Part shown: piece by piece, positions 51,935-62,881 of the stretch
Layout: each line of letters starts with the position of its first letter
How positions within the stretch are numbered: the stretch's first letter is position 1
From: Candidatus Marinacidobacterales bacterium
Lineage (GTDB): Bacteria; Acidobacteriota; Vicinamibacteria; Marinacidobacterales; SMYC01
Assembly (NCBI GenBank): GCA_965224085.1
Contig: CBDCYI010000004.1
Location: 448,001 to 512,000, forward strand
Direction: 5' to 3'
Length of the DNA stretch: 64,000 nucleotides
Program-made: the position numbers and the translations under genes
Notes under the pieces: model-generated
Databases searched by the model: none
What the model saw: the letters and a program-made list of their open reading frames with translations, nothing else
What the model was told of the DNA's origin: nothing

Positions 51935-52342
51935 TTGCTCATCGGTAGCTCCTTGTGAGCCAAATGTAGCAAGCCCAAATTAGAAAGTCAAGCGGATAAT
52001 TCCCCAACGAAACGCGACGCTCAGTCAGAATTCGAACACCGCCATGCAGGAGCGCGATCGCCATATTCGTGCAATCGAAAGACACGGCCGACGTGAATGG
52101 TACAAGCTCTCAGGCTGCACCAAGCGAAGCATCGGTGGAGAACGCGGTCTATCGTTACAAAGCGATCGTCGGGCCCGAGATGCGGGCTCGAACGCTGGCG
52201 AGGCAACGAGTTGAACACCGAATTGGGTGCGGGATACTCAACAAGATGACCGCGCTCGGGATGCCCGATACGTACTGCGCCGGGTGACTCTACGACCGGC
52301 ACAGGGAGTTCAGCGATTTGCTCCGGGCCGTGCAACAACGCC

Positions 52343-52420
52343 GCCGTCGGTCGCAAAACCGACGAGTGAAGCCAGGCTGGCTATTCCCACGGCCGCAACC
52401 GTTACAGTCATTCCCTTCAC
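52343..52420 (-). pseudogene. Signal-peptide head, probably of the amidohydrolase disrupted by IS5
   Basis: AAGGAGG + GTG, MKGMTVTVAAVGIASLASLVGFATDG abutting the IS5 IR; same strand as 49674-50285. Confidence 0.55.
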
Positions 52421-52725
52421 GGTTCCCTCCTTGGGGCGACACCCCCGAAATGCGCTCGTACAAACGTCGCACATCCCTACTATCATCGTGTAACGAACGA
52501 GGGCAAACGCGGCGCCGTGTCAGGATTCGGATCGCGTCGAGAACCGGGAGCCGGGTGACCACTGCGACTGCCAGGTGGCCCGAGCACCGTACGGGTTCAG
52601 GCGGAAGCGCGCTCCATCTTCACGCTGTACGAGCCCGAGCAATTGGTTGGCGCGGATCGTCTCCTTGCATCTGCCGTGGGCGCGGTGAGAAGATCTCCCG
52701 TCTACGTCGGACGAGGGAGGAAACC

Positions 52726-54570
52726 ATGAGCCGCATTCGCGTTCTCGTCGTTGCCATATGCGCTCTCGCCGCAATCTGGGCTTCGGTTGGCTCCGGTTGG
52801 GCGCAGAGAACCCAGAAGCCCGTGCTCCACGCCAAGCATTGGATGGCCATCACCGGCAAGCCCCTGGGAGCCACCGCTGGCGCAATGATGTTCCAGAAAG
52901 GTGGAAACGCCGTCGATGCCGCCTGCGCCATGCTCGGGGCCACGGCGACCATGTTCGACGTGCTCAGCTGGGGAGGCGAGACGCAGGCGCTCATCTACCA
53001 TCCCGGACAGAAGAAAGTCATCGGGATTAATGCCCTCGGTGTCGCACCGAGCGGCGCGACCCCGAGCTTTTTCAAGGACAGGGGCATGGAATATCCACCC
53101 CAGTACGGCCCTTTGGCAGCGGTCACGCCCGGGACACCGGGCGGCCTCCTCGTCATGCTGGCTGAGTACGGAACGCTCAGCCTGGAGGACGTCCTCGAGC
53201 CCGCGATTCAGATGGCCGAGGGCTATCCCATCGAGAAGGACACCGCAGACAGAATCGAGCGGGACAAGGAGCACATCAAAAAGTGGCCGTACTCGCGGCA
53301 AGTCCTGTTGCCTCACCTTGGTGAAGAGCGCGAGGCACCCCAGCCGGGGGAGATCTTCCGCCAACCGGAGCTCGCCGAGACCCTGCGAAAGCTCGTGACC
53401 GCGGAGCAGGAAGCTCTTGCCGGCGGCGCCAGCCGGAAAGAAGCGATCTACGCCGCCTACGATCGTTTCTACAAAGGAGATATCGCGCAGGAGTTCGTGC
53501 GCGGCTCGCAGGAGCAGGGTGGCCTCCACACACTGGACGATCTCGCCAACTGGCAGGTGCACATCGAAGAACCGGTCAGGACCACCTACAAGGGTGTCGA
53601 AGTCTACAAGCTCACGCACTGGGTGCAAGGTCCGGTGCTGCTTCAGACGCTGAACATTCTCGAGAACATCGATGTGAAGTCAATGGGCTACAACACCGCC
53701 CGATACATCCATACGCTCTACCAGGCGATGAACCTGGCCTACGCAGATCGGGACTTCTACTACGGGGACCCTTACTTTCCTCCCGAGGAGCCCTTAGCCG
53801 GTTTGCTATCGAAGGATTACGCGAGGGAGCGGGCGAAGCTCATCGACTGGGACAAGAACGATCCCGACGTCGGGCCGGGCGACCCCTATCCGTACCAGGA
53901 CGGCAACAATCCTTATCTCGACTACATCGAGAAATGGAACGAGCGCGAGACGACCGAAAACGACCAGCAGTTCGAAGCGGGTTTCTACGCTGGAACCACC
54001 TCGATCCAGGCGGCGGACGAAGAAGGATGGGTCGTTTCGATCACGCCCAGTGGCGGGTGGATTCCCGCCTGCCTTGCCGGACGCATTGGCATCGGCATGA
54101 GCCAGCGGATGCAAAGCTTCGTACTGGACGCGTCGAGCAACCCGTTCAACGTGCTCGAGCCGGGAAAGCGGCCGCGTGCGACGCTCACTCCCAGTCTCGC
54201 TCTCAAGGATGGAAAGCCGTTTCTCTCGTTCGCGGTTCAAGGTGGGGATGCCCAGGATCAGAACCTCCTTCAGTTCTTCCTGAACGTCGTGGAGTTCGAA
54301 ATGAACGTTCAGCAGGCGGCGGAAGCAGACAACATCAACAGCAACCAGATGAGAAGCTCGTTCGGGGCCCACGAATCGCGACCCGGCCGGCTGTTGCTGA
54401 ACACCGCTGTGTCGCCCTGGGTGCGAGCGAAGCTCCAGGACATGGGCTACGAGCTCACGTTCCGTGACCGGACTTCCGGGCCGATCAACGCCATCTTCTT
54501 CGACTGGAATCACGGCTCGATGTGGGGTGGATCGAGCCATCACGGCGACGACTACGGGATCGCGTGGTAA
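52726..54570 (+). CDS. ggt: Gamma-glutamyltransferase family protein
   Basis: GGNAVDAA, FYKGDIA, AYADRDFYYGDP, GTTS cleavage site, PGKRPRATLTP. Confidence 0.9.
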   Translation: MSRIRVLVVAICALAAIWASVGSGWAQRTQKPVLHAKHWMAITGKPLGATAGAMMFQKGGNAVDAACAMLGATATMFDVLSWGGETQALIYHPGQKKVIGINALGVAPSGATPSFFKDRGMEYPPQYGPLAAVTPGTPGGLLVMLAEYGTLSLEDVLEPAIQMAEGYPIEKDTADRIERDKEHIKKWPYSRQVLLPHLGEEREAPQPGEIFRQPELAETLRKLVTAEQEALAGGASRKEAIYAAYDRFYKGDIAQEFVRGSQEQGGLHTLDDLANWQVHIEEPVRTTYKGVEVYKLTHWVQGPVLLQTLNILENIDVKSMGYNTARYIHTLYQAMNLAYADRDFYYGDPYFPPEEPLAGLLSKDYARERAKLIDWDKNDPDVGPGDPYPYQDGNNPYLDYIEKWNERETTENDQQFEAGFYAGTTSIQAADEEGWVVSITPSGGWIPACLAGRIGIGMSQRMQSFVLDASSNPFNVLEPGKRPRATLTPSLALKDGKPFLSFAVQGGDAQDQNLLQFFLNVVEFEMNVQQAAEADNINSNQMRSSFGAHESRPGRLLLNTAVSPWVRAKLQDMGYELTFRDRTSGPINAIFFDWNHGSMWGGSSHHGDDYGIAW

Positions 54571-54582
54571 GGAGGTGGCCAC

Positions 54583-57087
54583 ATGAGTGCCGGCGCACTG
54601 CGATGCTCGATCTTGCTGTCCTCGATGATCGTACTGGCTTCCGAGGCCTTTCCGCACAGCCAAGCGGTCTACCCCGGTGCCATCGGCTACATGGAAATGA
54701 TCTTCCTGCCACCAGTCACGACCGGGCCGTGGTCGCCCGCCTGGTCGCCCGACGGCCGCCAGATCGCGTTCTCGATGCAGGGGAGCCTGTGGACGGTCCC
54801 GGCGGAAGGCGGCGAAGCAAAGCAGCTCACAGCCGGTTCCCACTACGACTCCGAGCCTTCGTGGTCTCCCGACGGTCGACGGATCGTTTTCACGCGGGAC
54901 GACGACGCTTCGATTCATCTCTGGCTGGTCGACTCCGACGGGACCAACCCCCGTCAGCTCACCCGCGCCGGTGACATCAACGTCAATCCGGCCTGGTCTC
55001 CGGCAGGTGAGCGCATCGTCTACACCTCCCTGTCCGTGGGACAGAGTCTGAACCTGTGGTCGATCGCACCGTCCGGAGAAGAGCCCACGGCCCTGGTGCA
55101 GGACGAGCACCAGAACCTCGAGCCGAGCTGGTCTCCGGATGGAAGCAAGATTGCCTTTCTCAGCAGTCGAGAGGCACGTTACGGGACGGGCGACATCTGG
55201 ATCCTGAGCGTGGCCGATCGGACGCCGAAGCTGCTGTTGAAAGAGGAATCCCTCTACCACGCTCGACCGCAATGGTCCCCGGACGGGAACACACTCGCTT
55301 TCGTGTCCCATCGCACCGGGCGCAACCAGATCTGGTTGCTTCACGCGGAGTCCGGCATTCCGATGCAGCTGACGCGGCAGACGGCGGAGGTCTTTACGCC
55401 TCGGTGGTCCCCCGATGGTCGCCAGCTCGCCTTCGTTTCCAACGCCGATCACCACTTTTCCTTGTGGACGATGCCCGCGCGGGGGGGTCCGGCTTCGGAG
55501 GTAAACATCACGTCTTTCGCGCATAAAAATCCAGTCGGCACCCTTGGGATCGTTGTTCGCGATCGCGCGACCGGAGAGACGACATCGGCCAGAGCCTACG
55601 TCAAAGCTTCCGACGGCAGGAGCTACGCGCCGCTCGGAGCGTTTCACAAGGTCAACAACGCCGGGGACGACCGCCTGCCCGGCAACATCGCGCACTATTT
55701 CCATACAATGGGCGAGTTCACCATCGACCTCCCTCCGGGACGTGCTTCCATCGAGCTGACAAAAGGCTTCGAGTACCGACTCTTCTCGGCGGAAGTCGAG
55801 ATCGTCGCAGGCGAGACCAGGACGCTGGAGCTCGAGCTCGAGCATCTCATGGACATGGCCGCGAGAGGCTGGTACTCGGGAGACAACCACCTCCACATGA
55901 ACTATGGCGGGATTTTCGGCCAGACCCCCGAATCCTTGATGCGGGAGGCGGCCGCGGAAGACGTGCGCGTGGTCAACGATCTGATCGCGAACCATCACAA
56001 CCGCATCATCGATCTCGAGTACTTCCAAGGCCGGCTGCACGAGCTGTCCGACGAAAACCGCGTTCTGTACTTCAACCAGGAGTTTCGCCCCAGTTTTCCC
56101 GGGCACCTTTCGCTCCTGAATCTGAAGCAGTACTTCTTTCCCTCGTACACGACCTACGTCGGCACGTCCAACCAGGCGTACTATCCGGCCAACACGCAGG
56201 TTCTCGAGGCGGTGCATGCCCAGGGCGCGGTGGGAGGCTACGTACACCCCTTCTACGGACCAGACCGGGGGCTTCCCCGGCGCTCGAAGGAGTTTCCGGT
56301 CAGCGTGGCACACGGCGTTCTCGATTACTACGACGTCATGTGCATCTGGACCGATGAGCGCGCCTCGGCCAGCGAGTGGTATCGGGCGCTGAACCTGGGT
56401 TTCCGAATCCCCGCCTCGGCGGGCACCGATGCCTTTCCCAACTTCTTCCGGAGCCCGGCGGTGGGAACGGTACGGGTGTACGTTCGAAGCGGGACGCCCC
56501 TGAATTACGGCGACTGGATCCGCGCCCTCATCGAGGGCCGAACGTTCGTGACGAACGGTCCGCTCTTGACCTTCAGCGTCGAAAATCAGGAGCCGGGAGG
56601 CGAGCTGCGGCTGCCGGGAGGTGACCCGAGCATGGTCCGGGTGCGGGCCGAAGCGCGCTCCATCTTCCCGATGGAAACGCTGGACATTCTTCGCAACGGG
56701 GAGGTCGTCCAGTCGATCACTCCCGACGATCCCTACTTCGTGGAGCTCGACGAGCCGATCGCCGTCGAGGAAAGCGGCTGGCTGGCGGCTCGTGTGAGTG
56801 GGCCGGAGCGGCAACACCTGATGATGGACGGATACGTCTATGCACACACCAGCCCGGTGTACGTCACCAAGGGAGGACGACCGACACGGTCGCCCGAGGA
56901 CGCCCGTTACTTCGTCAAGTGGATCGACGAGATTCTGCCAGCCCTCGAAGAGGCCACTTGTCGCCAGGAACTGGGCTCATCGACGCGGATCATCAACGCG
57001 TGCTTCGACAGCCCAGAGCAGAAACAGGAGGTGCTCGGGATCTGGCGAGAGGCCCGCCGCGTGTATGAGGGCCTGACCAAGGAGTGA
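54583..57087 (+). CDS. TolB/PD40 propeller fused to a CehA/McbA-like (PHP-fold) metallohydrolase
   Basis: Six WSPDG-type repeats; GWYSGDNHLH, HP, AGTD, GRTFVTNGP, AHTSPVYV. Confidence 0.85.
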   Translation: MSAGALRCSILLSSMIVLASEAFPHSQAVYPGAIGYMEMIFLPPVTTGPWSPAWSPDGRQIAFSMQGSLWTVPAEGGEAKQLTAGSHYDSEPSWSPDGRRIVFTRDDDASIHLWLVDSDGTNPRQLTRAGDINVNPAWSPAGERIVYTSLSVGQSLNLWSIAPSGEEPTALVQDEHQNLEPSWSPDGSKIAFLSSREARYGTGDIWILSVADRTPKLLLKEESLYHARPQWSPDGNTLAFVSHRTGRNQIWLLHAESGIPMQLTRQTAEVFTPRWSPDGRQLAFVSNADHHFSLWTMPARGGPASEVNITSFAHKNPVGTLGIVVRDRATGETTSARAYVKASDGRSYAPLGAFHKVNNAGDDRLPGNIAHYFHTMGEFTIDLPPGRASIELTKGFEYRLFSAEVEIVAGETRTLELELEHLMDMAARGWYSGDNHLHMNYGGIFGQTPESLMREAAAEDVRVVNDLIANHHNRIIDLEYFQGRLHELSDENRVLYFNQEFRPSFPGHLSLLNLKQYFFPSYTTYVGTSNQAYYPANTQVLEAVHAQGAVGGYVHPFYGPDRGLPRRSKEFPVSVAHGVLDYYDVMCIWTDERASASEWYRALNLGFRIPASAGTDAFPNFFRSPAVGTVRVYVRSGTPLNYGDWIRALIEGRTFVTNGPLLTFSVENQEPGGELRLPGGDPSMVRVRAEARSIFPMETLDILRNGEVVQSITPDDPYFVELDEPIAVEESGWLAARVSGPERQHLMMDGYVYAHTSPVYVTKGGRPTRSPEDARYFVKWIDEILPALEEATCRQELGSSTRIINACFDSPEQKQEVLGIWREARRVYEGLTKE

Positions 57088-57268
57088 GCCCCGATCCCAA
57101 ACGTGCGTAGGGAACGAGACGGCCGTGGCAGCAGAGAGCGATTTCCAGGCGGGCGTCCGCTACGCGCGAGATCGCTTCGCGCGTCGGGCATCCGGCCCGG
57201 CGGTTCCCAGGAGCCCGTCTCCCCCGCCCTATCGTCGGGTTCCTGTGATGTCGGTCTGGATCTTGAAC

Positions 57269-58475
57269 GGTGCTTCCGCAATCAAGTGTTGGTGGCCAGG
57301 CGATAACCCATCTGCGTGCTAGAGTTTGAGCCCGATTTCGAGAGACGCAGTTGTTTCGTCGACAAGGGCCAAGCCGAATTGAAGAATCATAGATGTCTCA
57401 ATCCCGCATGTAAGTTCCACGGAACAGTCGGTTCCGGGAACATCGTCCGCCACTGCTTCTACAGAACGAGAGCCGGGAAACGGCGTCGATACCGCTGCGT
57501 CAGGTGCGGAAAGACGTTCTCTTCAACCAAGGGCACGCCCTACTACCGGCTCCAGCATCGAAGAGCTGCTTTCGACACGGTCGTCGCTCTCAGAGTCGAG
57601 GGTGTCAGCATTTCCGCGATTGCTCGGGTCGAGAGAATTGCCTGGAACACTGTCGTGCGCTGGCTCGAGAAGGCGGCGGACGTTTGCCGTGACTTCAACC
57701 AGAGACGGACTGCCGGATTCGGCGTCGTGGAGCTCCAGGCCGACGAAATTCGCTCCTTCGCCGGCAGCAAGACGCGGCTGACGTGGATATTCGTCGCGAT
57801 CGAAGTCTGGTCTCGTCTCTGGCCATCGACGGTCGTCGGGCGACGAAGCTATCGAAACACACTCGCCCTCGTGCGCGACGTCGCTGACCGGATGGATTTC
57901 GAGGGTCTTCCACTGATCGTTACCGACGGTTTCGATTTCTACGAGAAGGTCGTCCGTCACGTTTTTGGACCGGCGGCGCTCTACGCTCAGGTCCTGAAGA
58001 CACGACGGAACGATCGCATCGTGAAGGTCGAACGAAGAGCGCTGATGGGAGCTGCGTGGCGATTCGAAGAAGCGCTCAAAAACTCGGAAGACTCGTCGAC
58101 ATTGAACACGTCGTTCATCGAGCGGTTGAATCTGACCATCCGGCAAAGCTTGGCGTACCTGGCGCGACGAACGCTTTCCCACGCTCGGTCGAAGGAAAAG
58201 CTCGAAGAGCACCTGGAATTGGTCCGCTGTTACTACAACTTCGCCAGGCCCCACGGCGCGCTGAAGTTCGGACACGAGATCCGGACTCCGGCGATGCAGG
58301 CTGGGCTCGTCAAAGCGGCGCCTGACGCTCAGGGAGATCTTCGTGTGCGCGCCGACATCCGTATCAATATTAATAGAGTACGACGTGATCGCGTTCGGTG
58401 GCGCTCGTACGCAGGCAACTGACAGGAGCATCAAATGCCTTTAGCGGCGTAGCAACAATCGATGGCGGAAGCACC
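57269..58475 (+). mobile_element. IS1-family-like element, no target duplication
   Basis: IRs GGTGCTTCCGCAATCAA / TCGATGGCGGAAGCACC. Confidence 0.75.
57379..58422 (+). pseudogene. IS1-like transposase with +1 frameshift near the C-terminus
   Basis: CLNPAC..C..C, HTH, QADE, VTDG, NTSFIERLNLTIR, YNFARPH, TPAMQAGL. The expected KRRLTLREIF is out of frame after an extra A (~58313). Confidence 0.75.
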
Positions 58476-58476
58476 A

Positions 58477-58608
58477 GACGATCCCCGTATCACCCACGAG
58501 CCCGATATCCCTGTGGCACTCTCATCAGTGGACTTCTTTGACGGCCACGACCCGATCCTCCGGGCCGCGATCGTCTACGAGCCCGTCTCGTCAAGAAGCA
58601 GTATGCTA
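58477..58608 (+). pseudogene. C-terminal remnant, S41-peptidase-like tail
   Basis: DDPRITHEPDIPVALSSVDFFDGHDPILRAAI resembles PDI.V.....D...G.DP.L.AA. Confidence 0.45.
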
Positions 58609-58749
58609 GAGGCATCAAAATCCCAGACGCAGCAATGAATGAACTCAAACATCACGCAACCCACTTCGCTGCCAAAGTGGAACTACACGTTCCGTCCATC
58701 TAAGAATGGGAAATAATTCTTGCCCGGGGCCCTTAGGCTTAGCGCCCGG

Positions 58750-60537
58750 CTAGGTTGATGCGGCCAGAGGCAACGTCAGTCGCACGACGAAGCCGCCGTC
58801 AGCCCCGTTCTCGCCGCGTACCGAGCCGCCCATCGACTCGATGAGACCGCGAACGAGGGCGAGGCCGATCCCTGTGCCCTGTGAGCCGCGGGTGAGCTCC
58901 GCTTCCACCCGGTAGAAAGGCTCGAAGACGTGCTTTAGGTGCGCCTCGCTCACTCCTGGACCTCGATCGCTGACGCTGATCTCGACGACGTTGTCTTTCT
59001 GGCGAGCGCAGAGGAGGATCTCTCGCGTCTGGGCTGATCGGGAGTACTTGACTGCGTTGTCGATCAAGTTGAAGAGCACTTGCAACAGCGCGTCTCGGTC
59101 ATAGATCGCGTCGGGCAAATCGGCGGCGACGTCGAGACCGATCGCGAAGCCCTCACCGGCGGCGTGGGGCGTCACGACCTCCCGGGCCTCCTCGAGGACC
59201 GGGAGCAGTGGGCCTGCCACCGGGCTCGCGGACCGATCGCGTCGCTCGAGCTTCGAGAGTTCGAGAACGTTGTTCACGAGCCGGGTCAATCGCTCCGACT
59301 CGTTGGTGATGACCTCATAATATTGATGGCGCTTCTCCTCATTGGAGACGAGCCCGTCGCGGAGCATCTCCGCGTACATCCGGATCGCCGTCAGCGGAGT
59401 TTTGAGCTCGTGGGAGACGGCGGAGACGAAGTTCTGACGCCGCTCGGCATAAGCGAGCCGTACCGTGACCATACGATAGATCCCAACGAGGCCCGCTGTA
59501 CCCATGAGAAGCGTGAGCGCGGAGAGAAGGTAGACGAAGCTCACGCCTTCCGCCTCCGGCAGTGGGGCCAGTGTGATCAAGCTCGCGAAGCTACCGAAAG
59601 GCTCGGCGAACTGATGCCGGTAGCGAAAGCCGCCATAGTGGTTATCGTAAGAAGTCTCTTCGCTGGGTGCGAGTATGACCTCCACACGGGTGGCGAGCTC
59701 GCTCCCCGCGAGCACCTGCGTCGCCAACCATTGGACGAGCCGGTTGGCATCGACGACGAAACCTTGCCGATAAGTCACCGCGTCGATGACCGCCGACCGG
59801 TAGACAACGAGGCGGCTCTCGTCCAACCGTTGCCCGACGAGCGACTCCAAGACTACGTCAAGAGCCTCCCAAACTACCTCGCTCGCCTCATCCACCTCGA
59901 TCTCTTGACGGTAGACCTCCTGCTCCTCCCCCTCTGAGTAGGGCATAACATTGCGGGCCACGCTCTGGGAAAGTTTCGAAGCGCGATCGATCCGTGAGGA
60001 AGCGCCTCGATTGAGCTCGCTCAAGTAGCTGTCGGAGGCAGCGTTCTCTTTGGAGAACTCATCTTGCTGCCTTGTCTTCGAGAGGGCCCGTGTGGTGCCG
60101 GGAACCTGCTGCTGCTGTTTTTCCGCAACCGGCTGCGAGCCTCCCCTTAATCCGCTCGCGAGGAGAGGTTGCACGAGGGCGAGGGTAACTTGGGCGCCGT
60201 CGTCGAGCCGCGGGCTCGTGAGGGTGCCGTCCGGGCTCTCGAGGAAGTAATCGAGGATGAAAGGCTCAAAAGAAGGGTCAGCCAGCGGCGATCGGATCGA
60301 CGAGCCGCTCGACTCGGAGACGTAATAAGAGCGGTAGTGCTCGAAGGGGCGGTCCTCTTCGCGTCGAACGAGAGCGGTGAGCTCGCGCTCCATCTCGTCG
60401 AAGATACGCTCCGCCACGATCTGGTGCCGCAGCTCGCGCTCGCTGGCAAAGCTCACGAGGGCTCGGCTTACAAGAAGACCGAGAGGCAGGAGCAGCAGTA
60501 AAGCAAGTGCTAGAAAAGTGACTCGAAGCCGCGTCAT
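58750..60537 (-). CDS. Membrane sensor histidine kinase
   Basis: Two TM segments, VSHELKTPL, NLIDNAVKY, DRGPG, FEPFYR, GTGIGL. Confidence 0.92.
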   Translation of the reverse strand: MTRLRVTFLALALLLLLPLGLLVSRALVSFASERELRHQIVAERIFDEMERELTALVRREEDRPFEHYRSYYVSESSGSSIRSPLADPSFEPFILDYFLESPDGTLTSPRLDDGAQVTLALVQPLLASGLRGGSQPVAEKQQQQVPGTTRALSKTRQQDEFSKENAASDSYLSELNRGASSRIDRASKLSQSVARNVMPYSEGEEQEVYRQEIEVDEASEVVWEALDVVLESLVGQRLDESRLVVYRSAVIDAVTYRQGFVVDANRLVQWLATQVLAGSELATRVEVILAPSEETSYDNHYGGFRYRHQFAEPFGSFASLITLAPLPEAEGVSFVYLLSALTLLMGTAGLVGIYRMVTVRLAYAERRQNFVSAVSHELKTPLTAIRMYAEMLRDGLVSNEEKRHQYYEVITNESERLTRLVNNVLELSKLERRDRSASPVAGPLLPVLEEAREVVTPHAAGEGFAIGLDVAADLPDAIYDRDALLQVLFNLIDNAVKYSRSAQTREILLCARQKDNVVEISVSDRGPGVSEAHLKHVFEPFYRVEAELTRGSQGTGIGLALVRGLIESMGGSVRGENGADGGFVVRLTLPLAAST

Positions 60538-60540
60538 GGC

Positions 60541-60979
60541 TCAACCTCGATAGCGATAGCCGGTCCACGGTCCACTCGCCGAACCGGAACGATTTCTCGC
60601 TTCGGGCGCTCGTCCGCCGCAGGAGCGCTTCCACCCTAGCGGTGAGCTCTCGGATCGAGAAAGGCTTGGTCACGTAATCATCGGCGCCGCAGGAGAGGCC
60701 CTCGACGATGTCGTCTTCCGAGCCCTTCGCCGTAAGCATGAGGACCGCGACGCTGGCACCCGATTCGCGTACCTGCCGGCAAACGTCGAAGCCATTGAGC
60801 CCTGGAAGCATGACGTCCAGGAGCACCAGCTCGAAGCGACCGCGAAGGATCGACTCGAGCCCCGCCTCGCCGCTCGCAACAACCTCGACGTCGTATCCGT
60901 GGAAGGTGAGCACGTCGCGAAGCGCCTCGCGAATGCTCTTCTCGTCTTCCACGACGAGGACTCTTGCGCTTTTGCTCAT
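60541..60979 (-). pseudogene. OmpR-family response regulator with DNA-binding domain deleted
   Basis: Intact receiver (VVEDE, LLDVMLPG, LTAK, KPF), then FRFGEWTVD joined out of frame to GYRYRG*. Confidence 0.85.
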
Positions 60980-61017
60980 GACCCCTTCCATTGTACGGGT
61001 CGAGCCGCCCACCTCGT

Positions 61018-61066
61018 GTAAATCGATTGTAAAACGTTTGCCCTTTTGCTTTTACGGTTCTTTTGC
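61018..61066. promoter_or_regulatory. 11-bp-periodic GTAAA/GCAAA direct repeats in the divergent promoter
   Basis: GTAAA-N6-GTAAA on +; TTTTAC-N5-TTTTGC on the opposite strand. This spacing is typical of OmpR-family sites. Confidence 0.5.
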
Positions 61067-61137
61067 ATTCGATCGGGCCGTAACGCGGTACAACAGATAG
61101 AACCCCGACGAATCGAATCGAAGCAAAAGGAGACGTC

Positions 61138-62321
61138 ATGAAGAACGAAGCACAAGCGAGCAACCGACGCGGTCGGCTCATCCTGACGGCCGGGCTGCTA
61201 CTCGGCACGATCACCATCGGGCTCATCATGAAGCTTCAAGCTGCGGACAAAACGCCTGCGCATGGGTGGAGCCGTGCTGGGAGCGGGCACGTCACGCTGA
61301 GGGCGCGCGCCGATCGCAAGGCGGTGCTTCAGGGAGGTGACGGGAACGTGCGGCTCGAGCTGATCCTAAAAGCGGCGGATGTCGAGGGCCGAAAGGTGTC
61401 GGTGCCGACCGACTTGCTCGTCGTTTTAGATCGCTCCGGCTCGATGCAAGGCGAGAAGCTCGAGCAAGGGCGCGCCGCGATCCGTGAGCTGATCCGGCAG
61501 CTAGCCCATGTTTCCCTTTTAGGTCTCTAAGTCATCATAAACAAAGGACTGAGATCCGCGGTTTGTCTCTACGCTGACAGCACCTCCTCGGAGAAGGCTG
61601 GCGGGTCGCGTTCAACGATTCCGAGTGCAGTCAGGATCGAGTTGGCGCGAGCGGTGCCGCGCGTGACGACGCGCTTGGTCCGCCCAGAACCCAGCTGTAA
61701 GTCGACGAGCCGGACCGAGCGTAGCGCTTGTAGTGCCTCGGTTGCGGACAGGTCGAGTTCGGCGACCTTGAGCTTTTTCTCAAGAGCCCGATGCACAAGG
61801 AAGGCCAGCGTAGCTACGAAAAGATGTGCCTCCACACGCTCATCGGTCTGGTGGTAAACGGGACGCATCTCAATGACATCCTTAAGGCATGAGAAGGCTC
61901 GCTCGACCTCGTTTAGGTCCTTGTAAAGGCGCACGGCGTCGACCGGAGAGAGGTTTTGCTCCTCGGTTTGAATAACGTACTTACCCTCGTAGGCTTGCTC
62001 GCGCTTGAGGTTGACCGGGTGCTCGAAGAAGCGGAAGCGAGCGTTTTTGTACTCCCAGTCGTAGTAACGGTGACCGTGGTGGCGTGCCTACGTCGTGACG
62101 AGGCCAAGGCAGAGATCGATGCCTATCGGCAACAGCAGGAGCGGATGAACGAGAAGCTCGAGAGCACGCTCGTCGAGCAGAATCTCGTAGAGGTCGGAGA
62201 GCTGGAAGCCCAAGTCGACGACTCCTTTCAGGGAGCCGATCAAGCCCTCAAGCAGAACCGCTTCAGCAAGACCACTCAAGCCGATGCTTTGAAGACGCGC
62301 CGCAGCGGCAGCAAGAAGTAG
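61138..62321 (+). pseudogene. Membrane-anchored VWA-domain protein, split by IS1634 and internally deleted
   Basis: TM anchor and MIDAS VVLDRSGSMQGEKL up to 61504. The helical tail RRDEAKAEID...RRSGSKK* (62088-62321) is inferred to be the same gene. Confidence 0.7.
61505..62087 (-). mobile_element. IS1634-family 3' remnant
   Basis: EGKYVIQT, YKDLNEVERAF..LK...MRPVYHQT..RVEAH; end AAACATGGG next to CTAG. Confidence 0.8.
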
Positions 62322-62330
62322 GAGTAGATA

Positions 62331-62881
62331 ATGGGACTAATGACACGCATAGCCACGTTGTTCAAAGCCGACGCTCACGGAGTGGTCGACTCTATCGAGG
62401 ATCGCTCGCTCCTGCTGAAACAGCACCTTCGCGAGGCCGGCCGAGCTCGTACACCGAGCTCGTACACAAGCGAGCTCGTCTCGAGGCGGTGGTGGCGGAG
62501 GAAAAGCAAAGCCGCGAGGCATCGAAGCAGTTGGCGACCGAGATGAAGCGCCTCGAAGGGGACGTTTCTCTCGCGATCGACGGCGATAAGGAGGAGCTCG
62601 CGCGTTTCGCCGTCAAGAAACTTCTGGGGCTGAAGCGTCGCTCGGAGCAAGTGGAACGTCGCGGGAAGCAGCTCCGAGAGGAGTGCACGGAGGTGGAAAA
62701 GGAGCTCGAGCGGCAGGAGCAAGAGCTCTCCGAGCTGCGCGTCCAAGTCAAAGCGTTTTTCGCGAGGGCCCAAGCCGGTGAAGAGGATTTCCGTTTCATC
62801 GAGCCTGTTGTCGAAGACGAGGAGATCGAGATCGAGCTCCTACGGCGCCGGCAAGGGCGTAGCGAGAAGGAGGCGTCGTGA
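62331..62881 (+). pseudogene. pspA: PspA/IM30-family protein frameshifted by short duplications
   Basis: MGLMTRIATLFKADAHGVVDSIED..LLLKQHLREA and GDKEELARFA in different frames; 13-bp tandem duplication CCGAGCTCGTACA at 62441-62466. Confidence 0.8.

Larger units (their letters stand above)
50645..52004 (-). mobile_element. IS1595-family element with passenger DNA
   Basis: 23-bp perfect IR GGGAATTATCCGCTTGACTTTCT; 8-bp target duplication CAACGAAA (50637-50644, 52005-52012). Confidence 0.92.
50286..52342 (+). mobile_element. Second IS5 (IS903 group) element, 5'-deleted and split by IS1595
   Basis: IDSTG..WRKLH..ADSAYD..VIPPQR| resumes after 52004 as QRNATL..VENAVYRYK..LNKMTALGMP; right IR ends TGCAACAACGCC. 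Confidence 0.85.

Noticed and set aside
53806-56847. 1013-aa minus-strand ORF and other long antisense ORFs (22650-24821, 15570-16802, 43980-45425)
   Set aside because: Shadow frames of well-supported genes in GC-rich DNA, with no recognisable motifs.
60278-61012. Response regulator with a novel output domain
   Set aside because: The C-terminal part is out-of-frame read-through into the kinase gene after a deletion.
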